Shown here one piece after another: positions 28,057 to 37,249 of a stretch of 64,000 bases of DNA (within the stretch, counting starts at the first letter, position 1; each line of letters begins with the position of its first letter). A program made the translations under genes and the position numbers. Below the pieces are notes generated by a model. The model worked only from the letters and a program-made list of their open reading frames with translations, had not been told where the DNA came from and made no database searches. Where the stretch lies: contig CAZBFO010000002.1 of the NCBI GenBank assembly GCA_964491475.1, positions 208,501 through 272,500 on the forward strand, given 5' to 3'. This DNA is from an uncultured Gammaproteobacteria bacterium. GTDB lineage: Bacteria; Patescibacteriota; Patescibacteriia; SG8-24.

Positions 28057-28941
28057 ATGGCCTTGGATCGCGTCCAACGAAACATGCTCATTCTCCTGGG
28101 TGTCGGCATAGTCGCCCTGGGCGTCATGGTCACCCGGGTGGACCGCGAACTTGCCGACCTGTCGCATACGCTGCTGAAGATCGCCGATGACGTGCGCATG
28201 CCCAAGTCGCCCGCGACCGCCAGGGCGGGTGATCAGGAGGCCGGACTGCTGAAGGGCGAGAGTTCCAAGCTTGTCAGTCAGAAGGCGTTGCGCGTCGGCG
28301 ACAAGGTGTTCGTTTTTGCGCAGCGCTGTGACGGCGGCCTGGACGTGGCAGCAGGGCAGACGGAGCCGTTCTGCGTCGGGCAGAACCAGCTGACGCTGGC
28401 CAGCGGCAATGACAAGCCCGAAGCTCTCGACACCAGGCAGGCCATGTCTGCGCAGGCCGCTCCGGTGCTTCGCAGCGCCATCTTCGTCTCTTCCAGCTCC
28501 GGCCCCGGCACGGTCCTTCTGGCCTACGGCCCCGACACCTGCGTCACCACAAATCATTGCGGCATGGGCAGGGACCCGCTGGTCGTGACCTATGCGTACA
28601 ACCTCGCAGGCGGCGCGGGAGCGCTTCGTCCGCTCAACCATTATCCGGCCACCGGCATGTCTACCTGGAACCCGTCGGGCACTAGGGCAATCATCGTGCA
28701 GGACACCTGCATGGAGGGCGGATGCTCCGAAGCGGCGCTCGCAGGCTACGACCTCGTCTCCGACGTGGTCCAGCCGGCATCGACCGAGAAGGCTGCCGGA
28801 TCGTTCGGCGGCCTCAAGACCGACGCGAACGGAAGGCGCGTGGCGGTGTGGGGGAACGTGACCTGGAAGAGCGACACCGAGTACTCCGTGACAATGACCG
28901 ACGCGAAAGGCAAGACCAAGGCCATCGAAGGGAAGTTCTGA
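28057..28941 (+). CDS. Signal-anchored extracytoplasmic hypothetical protein
   Basis: Start trimmed to MALDRVQRNMLILLGVGIVALGV (signal or TM segment). Cys-containing mature domain. Confidence 0.45.
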   Translation: MALDRVQRNMLILLGVGIVALGVMVTRVDRELADLSHTLLKIADDVRMPKSPATARAGDQEAGLLKGESSKLVSQKALRVGDKVFVFAQRCDGGLDVAAGQTEPFCVGQNQLTLASGNDKPEALDTRQAMSAQAAPVLRSAIFVSSSSGPGTVLLAYGPDTCVTTNHCGMGRDPLVVTYAYNLAGGAGALRPLNHYPATGMSTWNPSGTRAIIVQDTCMEGGCSEAALAGYDLVSDVVQPASTEKAAGSFGGLKTDANGRRVAVWGNVTWKSDTEYSVTMTDAKGKTKAIEGKF

Positions 28942-28947
28942 TGACGC

Positions 28948-28981
28948 AAAACGGGTCCGACGCAGGTCGGACCCGTTTTTT
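28948..28981. terminator. Bidirectional rho-independent terminator
   Basis: aaaacgggtccgac-gcag-gtcggacccgtttttt: perfect 14-bp stem. Confidence 0.7.
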
Positions 28982-28997
28982 ATGCTCCTTGGCGGTT

Positions 28998-29294
28998 TCA
29001 GATGTCGAGATGCGAGGCCTTGGCGATGGCGTCGATGACGAACTTGGTCGATGACGATGCCGTCATGATGATGATCATGCCGATGACGGCGTTCTTGATG
29101 GTCGCCTGCGCTTCGGCGCGCTTATCTTCCTTTCCGCCGTGCGTCATCATCAGGAAGCCGCCCCAGATGATCTGCACCACCAGGTACAACCCCATCAGCC
29201 CCAAGAAGTCTCGGATGATGCTGGCCACGATGGTGCGGATGTCGAACGACGAAAGCCCCATGCCCGAGGCGTAGTTGAGTCCCAAATCCACCAT
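28998..29294 (-). CDS. Small two-TM protein, TrbC/VirB2-like pilin candidate
   Basis: 98 aa with two hydrophobic helices separated by a basic loop (HGGKEDKRAEAQATIKN), matching T4SS pilin topology. It starts 5 bp downstream of the dcd stop. Confidence 0.35.
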   Translation of the reverse strand: MVDLGLNYASGMGLSSFDIRTIVASIIRDFLGLMGLYLVVQIIWGGFLMMTHGGKEDKRAEAQATIKNAVIGMIIIMTASSSTKFVIDAIAKASHLDI

Positions 29295-29298
29295 AGGC

Positions 29299-29883
29299 CT
29301 ACTTCACGCCTTCCTTCTGTTTGGCAAAGTTCTTCCACATCTGCGAAGCCTGCGGCTCCTGCGCCCCATAGTACTTCGAAGTCAGGTTCTTCGACCCGTA
29401 AGGCTTCTCGCACTCCGAGGAGAGCGGGGAGAACGACATCTGCGCGATAGGCATTCCCGCATACAGCTTCACCGGCAGCGATCCGATGTTGGAAAGTTCC
29501 AAAGTCATCTTGAGCTTGTTGCCAGGGTCCAGGTAACCCGCCGTGGCATGAATGATGATACCCAAGCGACCCAGCGAACTCTTGCCCTCAAGACGGCCGA
29601 CCACGTCGTTGCCCACGCCGATCTCCTCGCTCACCAACCCCAGCGCGAACTCGCCCGGATGCAAAATGAACGGCGTGTCGCCGCTGATAATCACCTTCCG
29701 CATCAAATTGTCGACCGGCTCCTTCACGTCAATCACGTGCTGGTTCACCGTATCGAAAATCAAAAACGTCGTGTCCAAATGCAAATCAATGGAGGCGGGT
29801 TGCAAATATTTCTCGTCGTAAGGCGAAACCGTAATCTTCCCCTCCGCCATGTATTTCTTAATGTCGCGATCAGACAAAATCAT
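29299..29883 (-). CDS. dcd: dCTP deaminase
   Basis: MILSDRDIKKYMAEGKITVSPYD...PASIDLHL...FILHPGEFALG. Start trimmed to the ATG at 29883. The 87-codon upstream extension in the ORF track runs through a perfect inverted repeat and is not coding. Confidence 0.85.
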   Translation of the reverse strand: MILSDRDIKKYMAEGKITVSPYDEKYLQPASIDLHLDTTFLIFDTVNQHVIDVKEPVDNLMRKVIISGDTPFILHPGEFALGLVSEEIGVGNDVVGRLEGKSSLGRLGIIIHATAGYLDPGNKLKMTLELSNIGSLPVKLYAGMPIAQMSFSPLSSECEKPYGSKNLTSKYYGAQEPQASQMWKNFAKQKEGVK

Positions 29884-29959
29884 AGTGGTGGCATAAGCCG
29901 TAATGCCAAAAGTCTCCCAAATACGGCGCGTTTTGTCCACGCCCCTCACCTTGGGCACG

Positions 29960-30120
29960 GAGCCGCGGTGCGGCGGCGGGGCGGGCGGCCGGAGGGGAGT
30001 TCGCAGGACAAAAATCGTCCGCAGACGATTTTTTTCCGAGATTAAGGTGCGGATTTGGCCCGCAGGCCAAATACGACACCGACCCCTCCGGCCGCCCGCC
30101 CCGCCGCCGCACCGCGGCTC
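29960..30120. repeat. 161-bp element bounded by perfect 38-bp GC-rich inverted repeats (MITE-like or structured RNA)
   Basis: Arms at 29960-29997 and 30083-30120 are exact reverse complements. The 85-bp core holds two nested hairpins (aaaaatcgtc-cgca-gacgattttt; atttggcc-cgca-ggccaaat) and three CGCAG motifs. Confidence 0.6.
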
Positions 30121-30140
30121 CCCATAGTCAGAGTGAACGC

Positions 30141-30171
30141 GCAAACAAAAAAGCCCCCGCCATTCGGGAGC
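30141..30171 (-). terminator. Terminator of rplA
   Basis: The minus-strand transcript reads agcucccgaauggcgggggcu followed by uuuuuuguuug; the 7-bp stem includes one G-U pair. Confidence 0.55.
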
Positions 30172-30188
30172 TTTCTTCGTTTTCGGGT

Positions 30189-30872
30189 TTACGCCGCGAC
30201 CTTGATTGCCGGACCCATGGTGGAGGTCATGGTGACGGACATGATGTACACGCCCTTGGAGCTGGACGGCTTGGCCTTGCGGACCGCGTCCATGAGGGTC
30301 GAGTAGTTCTCGTTCAGCTGCTCCTTGGAGAAGGACGAGCGGCCGATGACCTGGTGCAGGTTGGCGGTGTCGTCGGCCTTGAAGGCCACCTTGCCCTTGC
30401 GGAGCTCGCCGATGGTCTTAGTGAGGTTGGTGGTCACCGTTTCGTTCTTCGGCGAGGGCATGAGGCCCTTGGGACCGAGCACCTTCGCGACCTTGGCCAT
30501 CTTGGGCATCATGTCGGGAGTGGTGACGAAGATCTCGGCCTCGTACTTGCCGGTCTTGGCCATCTCGTCGATGATTTCCTGGCCGCCGACGATGTCGGCG
30601 CCCGCATCCTTGGCTTCCTTCATGGCCGCCTCGTTGGAGACGATGGCGCAGACCTTCTTGGTCTTGCCGGTGCCGTGGGGGAGCGAGACGGTGCCGCGAA
30701 CCTGCTGGTCGCTCTTCTTGGGGTCGATGCCCAGGCGGACATGGACCTCGACGGAGGAGTCGAACTTGGTGGTGGCGGTCTTCTTCACGAGCTCGATGGC
30801 CTCCTCGGCAGAGTAGGCCTTGTTGGCGTCGATGAGCGACTTGAGCTCGACGTAGCGCTTGCTGTGTGACAT
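30189..30872 (-). CDS. rplA: 50S ribosomal protein L1
   Basis: Canonical L1 sequence, 227 aa. Confidence 0.95.
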   Translation of the reverse strand: MSHSKRYVELKSLIDANKAYSAEEAIELVKKTATTKFDSSVEVHVRLGIDPKKSDQQVRGTVSLPHGTGKTKKVCAIVSNEAAMKEAKDAGADIVGGQEIIDEMAKTGKYEAEIFVTTPDMMPKMAKVAKVLGPKGLMPSPKNETVTTNLTKTIGELRKGKVAFKADDTANLHQVIGRSSFSKEQLNENYSTLMDAVRKAKPSSSKGVYIMSVTMTSTMGPAIKVAA

Positions 30873-30930
30873 GTGTTTCAGGAATGACGTGGTACGTGCG
30901 AGGCCGAAGCCTCTCCCACATGAATAGATA

Positions 30931-31359
30931 TTACGCCTTGACCTCGATACCCATGTTGCGGGCGGTGCCCTCGATCATGCGCATCGCGGCTTCGATGTCG
31001 GAGGTGTTGAGGTCGGGGAGCTTCTTTTCCGCGATCTCGCGGACCTGCGCCTTGGTGACCTTGCCGATCTTGTCGGTCAGCGGCTTGCCGGAACCCTTCT
31101 CGATGCCCGCGGCCTTCTTGAGCAGTTCGGACGCCGGCGGCGTCTTCATGATGAAGGTGTAGGTGCGGTCTTCGTAGACGGTGATGACCACCGGGGTGAC
31201 TTCGCCGGGCGGCAGCTTGCTGGTGGCGGCGTTGAACTTCTGGCAGAACTCGGCGATGTTCAGGCCGTGCTGACCGAGCGCCGGACCGATTGGCGGTGCC
31301 GGGTTGGCCTTGCCGGCCGGAATCTGCAGCTTAATCTGGACTTTGACCTTCTTGGCCAT
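30931..31359 (-). CDS. rplK: 50S ribosomal protein L11
   Basis: [32 protein letters not shown]... is canonical L11. Confidence 0.95.
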   Translation of the reverse strand: MAKKVKVQIKLQIPAGKANPAPPIGPALGQHGLNIAEFCQKFNAATSKLPPGEVTPVVITVYEDRTYTFIMKTPPASELLKKAAGIEKGSGKPLTDKIGKVTKAQVREIAEKKLPDLNTSDIEAAMRMIEGTARNMGIEVKA

Positions 31360-31582
31360 AACGATGCAGGTATGGGCGTGGCGCCGAAAGGCGTTTTCCC
31401 CAATAACCTAGCTACAACGTCGGCGAGAAACAGCCCAATGGGCACACCGCGTATCGGCAAGACTGTACCCGATGATGCCATAAAAGGCAAGACTCTACGG
31501 GTCTTGCGACCAAACGCGCAATACTTTCGCTTTTTTACGTGACAGGGCCTTCAAGGTCAGTAGACGCAAATGCCCATGAATA

Positions 31583-31611
31583 TTGACAATTGAGCAGAAA
31601 TATGGTATCCT
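31583..31611 (+). promoter_or_regulatory. Sigma70-like promoter TTGACA-17-TATCCT in an AT-rich spacer
   Basis: TTGACA at 31583-31588 and tatcct at 31606-31611, pointing toward the 31724 gene. The rplK leader on the opposite strand lies in the same spacer. Confidence 0.45.
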
Positions 31612-31723
31612 GCCACATTCGCTCATTGATATTCTCATCTTCGAAAAAGCCGCCCGAAGACATGGTGTTTTCTTGGCGAAAGTCTCCGGTTAGCCACCGT
31701 TACGGCAGAAAGGTCGGTCTCTC

Positions 31724-32764
31724 ATGGATAGGTTCATCTTGCAGCATCTCGGCGGCTACCCGTTCTCGACTGCGTCGAAGGGCGGACTCACCTCGATCGG
31801 CGAATTCCTTCGCCTATGCCTCACAGGAGCATATGATAAAAACATCGGACTCGAGTGTCCGACGTTTTCCGACGCGTTTGCATGGGCGCACGTCGTCGAT
31901 CCCGAATGGATCGGCACCGAGCTGGAAGCGGCAGACCGACGGTTTTGCATGGCGGTCGGCGACATCTTCGTCCGGCTGGCGGACGAAACAAGGCCGTTCG
32001 CGGCAGGGGATTTCGTCCCGCTCACGCTCATGCGTGACGAGATGGAAAGCCTCATCTGTGCCGGGCGGTTCTGCGATCCCGAAAGAAAAAGCATGCCTCT
32101 GTCGAGGCTGACGCGCAGCGTGGAACTGTTCGACAAACTCTGGCTCGCCGACGTTGGCATGATCATGCCTTCCGTATGCGGCTGGAAAAGCGTCGTGCAG
32201 GCCCCTCCGAGCGTCACCGCGACTCTCGCCCTGTACTGTGAGGACGATATGCCCTGGTGGGCCGGGCCCGTCATCGCCCAAGGCGCGACCGCCTGGGCGA
32301 AGAGCCTTCGGGAACGACGGGTCATTCGCGGAGACGAATGGTCAGCCATGCGCCAAGCGGCACTGCACTGCCGAGTGGCTGAAGAAGACGCGCATGCGAG
32401 GCTCGGTGCCGCCGCAGGCCGCCATTTTCATCACTTGTACGAACTCGATACTCCGTACGCTCTCTACCCGATCGAGGGGCACGTCGCCACTGACGAGCTT
32501 AGCGAAGCGGTCGCATCGTCCGCCATCACGGCGGTCGGCTGCCACGACGTGGAGCTTGCAATCGAAGAACTGCACTACGGCGTGGCAAGCCGCGTACAGC
32601 TTCTTCGTGCAGCGGCCCACCGCGCGGTCCACGACGAGTGTCCTCATCGCGCTTACGCGAGACTCGATACCATCGAGATAACGCGCATGCAGTATGAGGG
32701 CGAGGCGACGGAGACCGAAAAGAGGTGGCTCGATCGTGTCGACGCCTACGCCGCCGATCTGTAA
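31724..32764 (+). CDS. Hypothetical protein (346 aa), first gene of the insertion in the ribosomal cluster
   Basis: Long ORF with varied composition (Cys/His/Trp present). No motif recognised. Confidence 0.5.
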   Translation: MDRFILQHLGGYPFSTASKGGLTSIGEFLRLCLTGAYDKNIGLECPTFSDAFAWAHVVDPEWIGTELEAADRRFCMAVGDIFVRLADETRPFAAGDFVPLTLMRDEMESLICAGRFCDPERKSMPLSRLTRSVELFDKLWLADVGMIMPSVCGWKSVVQAPPSVTATLALYCEDDMPWWAGPVIAQGATAWAKSLRERRVIRGDEWSAMRQAALHCRVAEEDAHARLGAAAGRHFHHLYELDTPYALYPIEGHVATDELSEAVASSAITAVGCHDVELAIEELHYGVASRVQLLRAAAHRAVHDECPHRAYARLDTIEITRMQYEGEATETEKRWLDRVDAYAADL

Positions 32765-32786
32765 CATCGCTCGAATCTTAAAATAC

Positions 32787-32823
32787 ATCGCACTTCACGG
32801 GCTTCCGTGGAGTGCGATTTTTC
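32787..32823 (+). terminator. Rho-independent terminator
   Basis: atcgcacttcacgg-gctt-ccgtggagtgcgat followed by ttttt: a 13-bp stem with one mismatch. Confidence 0.65.
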
Positions 32824-32988
32824 TTTGCTTGAAGGCGATCGCCTCGGTGGCAGTTGCGACTCCGCTTCGCCTGGTCGGGCGACTTTTGGCCGAAGAAAAA
32901 GACGTTTTTAACGGTTGACCGGTCATGCCCCGGGTGTAAGCTCTTGGCATCCGGCGCAATATGCGTCCGGCAATTCAAGGAGAACCCC

Positions 32989-33315
32989 GTGGCCCACGAA
33001 CCTTCGCCCGATCCTTCCGACCGTCAGGCGGAGCTCGCCAAGCGGTACCGCCCCAGCGTGATGCTGTTCGCCGTCGTCTACCTGCTGACGTTGGGCTTGT
33101 ACTGGCTGATCAGCGGCCCGATGCCCGCCGACCAGACGCGCGCGTCGCTGGTGGCGTACTCTGCTCTGTCCAGCGCCGGTGCGACGGCTTTCATGACCGT
33201 CTACCTCCGTATCTTGCGGAAGGTCGGCTGGCTGCGCGCACTGGCGTACTGCGCTACCATATTCGGCGCGATGTTTTGCGCGGACCTGGCCCGCATCTAC
33301 CTGCTGTACCGGTAG
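32989..33315 (+). CDS. Small membrane protein (3 TM, 108 aa)
   Basis: GTG start 6 nt after an aaggag RBS, followed by three hydrophobic helices. Confidence 0.45.
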   Translation: MAHEPSPDPSDRQAELAKRYRPSVMLFAVVYLLTLGLYWLISGPMPADQTRASLVAYSALSSAGATAFMTVYLRILRKVGWLRALAYCATIFGAMFCADLARIYLLYR

Positions 33316-33424
33316 GAACCAAAAAGCGCGAGCCGTTTCGGCCGCGCTGTTTTATTTTGGCCCGCCGGCAGGGGTCGCATTGACAGGGTGCCGTCCTCAT
33401 GATAGTGAGCCTGTACGCGGGACG

Positions 33425-33778
33425 ATGTCGTCACGCGTACACATCAGGAGGCAGGTCTTGGAGAATGAAAAAGCGCAGGGCGTCGTAAAGGAGACGGGTT
33501 CGGATCCTTCCGGAGGCGCGTCGTCATTTGCGGCCGGAATGCTGGTCGGGATGCTTATTGGCGTCGTTCGGGGGCATCCGACGTTCACGGGCGATGGTCC
33601 GGCCTCGGCCCGTTTTGGCGCCTACGCGTTGGCCGTGGTCATCTGCTTCGCAGCGAGTACCGCGTTTGTCCGCCTGTTCAGGCGCACTACCTGGTCGATC
33701 GCCGCGCGACGCACGGTAACGACCATCACCGGACTCATCATCGGCGACGTCCTGTTCGCCTTCATCCATTCGCTCTGA
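33425..33778 (+). CDS. Small membrane protein (about 118 aa)
   Basis: The ORF-track start at 33380 is the TTG of a TTGACA-17-TGaTAGTGA promoter at 33380-33408. The first ATG downstream is 33425; hydrophobic helices follow. Confidence 0.4.
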   Translation: MSSRVHIRRQVLENEKAQGVVKETGSDPSGGASSFAAGMLVGMLIGVVRGHPTFTGDGPASARFGAYALAVVICFAASTAFVRLFRRTTWSIAARRTVTTITGLIIGDVLFAFIHSL

Positions 33779-33809
33779 ACGCGAGTCAACGCAACTGGAG
33801 AGGAGCATC

Positions 33810-34202
33810 ATGTCAATCGGTGAACGATGGAAAAAGCGCCTGGAAGAAGCGGGCGCGCGGCGCAAACAGGCCGCCAAGGCGACGCAGGCGGCAATAACGG
33901 AAAAGCGCGCGGAAGAAATCGTCGCAAACCTCCGCGCGAACCTCGCGAAAGAGACGAGGAACCACTGTCTGGTGATGACGATCGAAGACGGAGAGTCGGC
34001 TGTCGAGCTGGACTCCCTGCGCAATCGTCAGCACTCTTCGTCCGATCCGTTCCTCGGGGCAGCCAAGACGGTCGTCGAATTCTGCCTGCAGAACTGGCTT
34101 GACGTGTACGTGTGGGAGGAGGATTTCAGCATGAGCGGCGGCAGCATCGGCGCGGAAATCTGGGTCACGCCGCACGGCGTTCCTTTCCATCAGCGCGGAT
34201 AG
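33810..34202 (+). CDS. Hypothetical cytoplasmic protein (130 aa)
   Basis: ATG preceded by a ggagaggag RBS; charged N-terminal helix. Confidence 0.45.
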   Translation: MSIGERWKKRLEEAGARRKQAAKATQAAITEKRAEEIVANLRANLAKETRNHCLVMTIEDGESAVELDSLRNRQHSSSDPFLGAAKTVVEFCLQNWLDVYVWEEDFSMSGGSIGAEIWVTPHGVPFHQRG

Positions 34203-34213
34203 CGGACTCGGTC

Positions 34214-34282
34214 GGCCTTGCACAATCATGTGCAGGGCCTTTTTCAAACAAAAACGCCCCGCGGCATCGCGAGGCGTTTTTT
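34214..34282. terminator. Two adjacent hairpin terminators between the convergent 33810 gene and nusG
   Basis: ggccttgcaca..tgcagggcc followed by ttttt, and aaaaacgccccgcgg-cat-cgcgaggcg followed by tttttt. Confidence 0.6.
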
Positions 34283-34285
34283 CCT

Positions 34286-34831
34286 CTAGATCTTCTTGAC
34301 CTGGAGGAAGTCGAGTTCCACCGGCGTCTCGCGTCCGAACATGTTGACGAGCACCTTGATCTTGCCGCGGGCCTCGTCGATGTCGGCCACCTTGCCTTCG
34401 AAGCCCTTGAAGGGGCCGTCGTTGATGGTGACCGCAGAGTTGACCTCGACGTCGATCTTGTACTCCGGCTCGTCGACGCCCATGCGCTTCTGCAGCGCCT
34501 TGATCTCTTCTTCGGAGACGGGGGTCGGAATCGTGCCGGTGCCGATGAAGCCGGTGACGTTGGGCGTGTTGCGCACCACGTACCAGGAGTCGTCGGTCAC
34601 GATCATCTCGATCATGACGTAGCCGGGGAATATCTTTTCCTCGACGGTCTTGCGCTTGCCGTTCTTGATCTTGATCTTCTTCTCCTTGGGGATCAGGACG
34701 TTGAAGATCTTGTCTCCCATGTCCATCGACTCGGTGCGCTGCTTGAGATTGTGCGCCACGTTCTCCTCGTATCCCGAGTAGGTGTGGATGGCGTACCAGC
34801 GGCGGCCGAGCTGCTGCGTTTGCTTAGGCAT
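34286..34831 (-). CDS. nusG: Transcription antitermination factor NusG
   Basis: WYAIHTYSGYEENV NGN domain and a C-terminal KOW domain. Start trimmed to MPKQTQQ. Confidence 0.9.
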   Translation of the reverse strand: MPKQTQQLGRRWYAIHTYSGYEENVAHNLKQRTESMDMGDKIFNVLIPKEKKIKIKNGKRKTVEEKIFPGYVMIEMIVTDDSWYVVRNTPNVTGFIGTGTIPTPVSEEEIKALQKRMGVDEPEYKIDVEVNSAVTINDGPFKGFEGKVADIDEARGKIKVLVNMFGRETPVELDFLQVKKI

Positions 34832-34885
34832 AGTGTGGTGCGGCCGACGGGCCGCCAATGAACTTTGCGCGCCGGAGCGCGGGGA

Positions 34886-35077
34886 TTATCGGAGGGAGAG
34901 GAGCTTCTCGAGGCCCTTGGACAGGCCGAAGTCGATGGCGCCGAAGAAGACGGCCATGGTCAGGGAGACGCCCAGCACGATGAGCGTGTCGCGGACGACC
35001 GTGCGGCGCGACGGCCAGGACACCTTCTTGAGCTCTTCCTTGGATTCCTTGACGTACGTGACGACCTTATTCGCCAT
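34886..35077 (-). CDS. secE: Preprotein translocase subunit SecE (63 aa)
   Basis: MANKVVTYVKESKEELKKVSWPSRRTVVRDTLIVLGVSLTMAVFFGAID has a single TM helix and lies immediately upstream of nusG. Confidence 0.8.
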   Translation of the reverse strand: MANKVVTYVKESKEELKKVSWPSRRTVVRDTLIVLGVSLTMAVFFGAIDFGLSKGLEKLLSLR

Positions 35078-35150
35078 ATGCGGTGATTCCCACGGGGAAC
35101 GTTTTATCTTAAAAATCCGCCTGTCGGCGGGGGAAACGGTTACTGCTTGG

Positions 35151-35179
35151 ACTATACACGCGATGGCGCCGATTGGCAA
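35151..35179 (-). promoter_or_regulatory. secE promoter TTGCCA-17-TATAGT (minus strand)
   Basis: Reverse complement of 35151-35179. A hairpin plus U-run in the 70-nt leader may act as an attenuator. Confidence 0.4.
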
Positions 35180-35245
35180 GTGGCGGCACCGGTCCGCTGC
35201 CGCAGACGAAAACGCCGCCCCCGTACGGGACGGGCGGAGCTTTCG

Positions 35246-37225
35246 TCACTGGAGCTTCTCGCAAGCCTTGGCGATGCCCAGTTCCTCGCACTTTTCCATA
35301 TAGGCAATGACGGCGTGGACGTATGCCGCATGGCTCCAAACCAAGGGCGTTGCAGAGAGCGGCGCGCCGGTAGTGGGATGCACCTGCTCCGGCAGCACGC
35401 CGGAGGGAAGCGAATGGGCCACGACCCATTGGAAGATGTCGCGCACCGGTTCCAGGTCCTTGTCGGTCTTGGCGCTGCGGATGATGAAGTCCACGTGCCA
35501 GAGGGTGGTGATGATCCAAGGGTTGGGGTAGCGGTCGTCCACCTGGAAGTAGCGGTCGCGCTCGTAGCGGGCCACGCCCCCGACGGGGGACTGCCACCAC
35601 AGGTCGCGCTTGCAGGCGTTTTGGCATTCGGCCGTGAACGGGTCGTCGAGCGCCAGGATGTCGAAGGTCAGCAGGCCGTAGAACGAGCTGGTGTCGGTGC
35701 GGTTGTCCTCGCGTCGGTTGCCGGCATCATCGAACTTCACCGACTTGAGGATGCGCTTGCCGTCGCGGTCGATCATCTGCGTCTCGATGGCCTCGCGGAT
35801 TTCCTTGGCGATCCCCGCGTAGGTCTTCTGTTCCCGCTTTTTGCCGAGAAGCCCGGCGAAGCGCGAGGCGGCCTCGAGCCCGCCGACCACGGTGGAGGCC
35901 GTGTAGGTGGAGACGGCACGGTGCTCTTCCCAGAGGTCGTAGGAATGCAGCGGCAGGTTGGTCTTTTCGTGGCGGTAGGTGGACAGGAAATTGGCCGCCT
36001 TCTTGATGAAGGAATTGTAGATTTCTTCCACGAACTCGATGTCGCGCGAGGCCTCGTAGTAGACCCACAGCGCGTAGATGACGATGGCCGTCTCGTCCTC
36101 CTGGATGGGGAGCACGTCGTGATGGTCCTCGACCCACGGGTGCCAAGAAGAGCCGAGCGAGCCGTCGGGCAGGTACTTGTGCATGAAGTAGCCCTCGTCG
36201 GTGAGCAGCCTGGTCTGGTATTCGAAGTAGCGGCGGGCGATGTCCCAATAGCCGGCCTTGGCGAAGGTCAGGGCGGCGAAGGCGGCGTCGCGGGGCCACA
36301 CGTACGAGTAGGTGTCCTTGCCGTGCTGCAGCATGTCGGAGTCGGACGAGGCGATGATGCTGCCGCGGTTGTCGGTGTGCGCGCGCATCACCAGCAGCGA
36401 GGTCTTGAAGACGCGGATTTGGTCCTCGGTCATCCCGTGGAAGGTGTAGTGCTGCTTGTTGACCCATGCCTGCCAGAAGTCCTTGGTGGTCTCGAAAAGG
36501 TGGCGAGGCGTGCGCTTCTGGACGTCGTCGTTCAGCGCCACGGCTTCCGAGAGGGAAGCGGCGGCGATCATCCAGTAGTACCCCTCATGCGAGGCCTTGC
36601 CGCGCAGCATGCAGCTGAAGGCGGCGGCAGAGTCGACGCGCCCGTGCTCGATGGGGTTGCCGGAAAGGTGGCCGTCCTCGGCGTCCTTCCAGGTGCCTTC
36701 GAGCCCGGCATAACGCGTCATGCCCACCGAAAAGTCGTTCATGTTGTGGCCGTCGATCAGGCCGTTGAACAGGAACATGTGCGGTCCGCGGTAGTGGATC
36801 AGGCACTGGCGGCGCGGATACCACATGGCGGTGACGCCGTGGGTGTAGGCGCCGACCTCGAGGTCGTTGTGGAAGATGATGCGGAACTCGCGGTCGCGCT
36901 CCGCGAGGTTGTCGACGGTGATCTTGCGGATGAAGATGTTGGTCTCGTTGTAGACGAAGTCCTCGAAGGTGACGCGAAGGTCCTGCTCGCGGAGCGTGGC
37001 GACGGTCTTGCCGATGAGCGTCTCGGGCAGGTACGAGACGTGAATGTCCCAGGCGTGGTCGTCCAGCCAGTACATCTTGCCGTCGATGAACACGCCGACC
37101 TTCTGGGTGCGGCCGTTGGCGTGGTTCTCGAGGCCGACGCGCTCAAAATAGACGTCGCGCACTTGGCCGCGCGAGTCGGTACCGATGAGGAGGTTGCCGT
37201 TGCCGAGGACGAGGCTTCGCGGCAT
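35246..37225 (-). CDS. Glycoside hydrolase family 15 (glucoamylase/glucodextranase-like)
   Basis: 659 aa with an (alpha/alpha)6 GH15 catalytic region (WPRDAAF, YDLWEE). Confidence 0.75.
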   Translation of the reverse strand: MPRSLVLGNGNLLIGTDSRGQVRDVYFERVGLENHANGRTQKVGVFIDGKMYWLDDHAWDIHVSYLPETLIGKTVATLREQDLRVTFEDFVYNETNIFIRKITVDNLAERDREFRIIFHNDLEVGAYTHGVTAMWYPRRQCLIHYRGPHMFLFNGLIDGHNMNDFSVGMTRYAGLEGTWKDAEDGHLSGNPIEHGRVDSAAAFSCMLRGKASHEGYYWMIAAASLSEAVALNDDVQKRTPRHLFETTKDFWQAWVNKQHYTFHGMTEDQIRVFKTSLLVMRAHTDNRGSIIASSDSDMLQHGKDTYSYVWPRDAAFAALTFAKAGYWDIARRYFEYQTRLLTDEGYFMHKYLPDGSLGSSWHPWVEDHHDVLPIQEDETAIVIYALWVYYEASRDIEFVEEIYNSFIKKAANFLSTYRHEKTNLPLHSYDLWEEHRAVSTYTASTVVGGLEAASRFAGLLGKKREQKTYAGIAKEIREAIETQMIDRDGKRILKSVKFDDAGNRREDNRTDTSSFYGLLTFDILALDDPFTAECQNACKRDLWWQSPVGGVARYERDRYFQVDDRYPNPWIITTLWHVDFIIRSAKTDKDLEPVRDIFQWVVAHSLPSGVLPEQVHPTTGAPLSATPLVWSHAAYVHAVIAYMEKCEELGIAKACEKLQ

Positions 37226-37249
37226 ACGAACGAACGTTACTTCCTTCGC

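Noticed and set aside
29884-30144. 87-codon N-terminal extension of dcd, and the mirror ORFs 29870-30112 (minus) and 29903-30127 (plus)
   Set aside because: They run through the perfect 38-bp inverted repeat, which is why both strands read PRCGGGAGGRRG. dCTP deaminase starts at the conserved MILSDRDI.
35078-35245. Expected tRNA-Trp upstream of secE
   Set aside because: There is no cloverleaf and no conserved T-loop or D-loop strings. The region holds a promoter and a leader hairpin instead.
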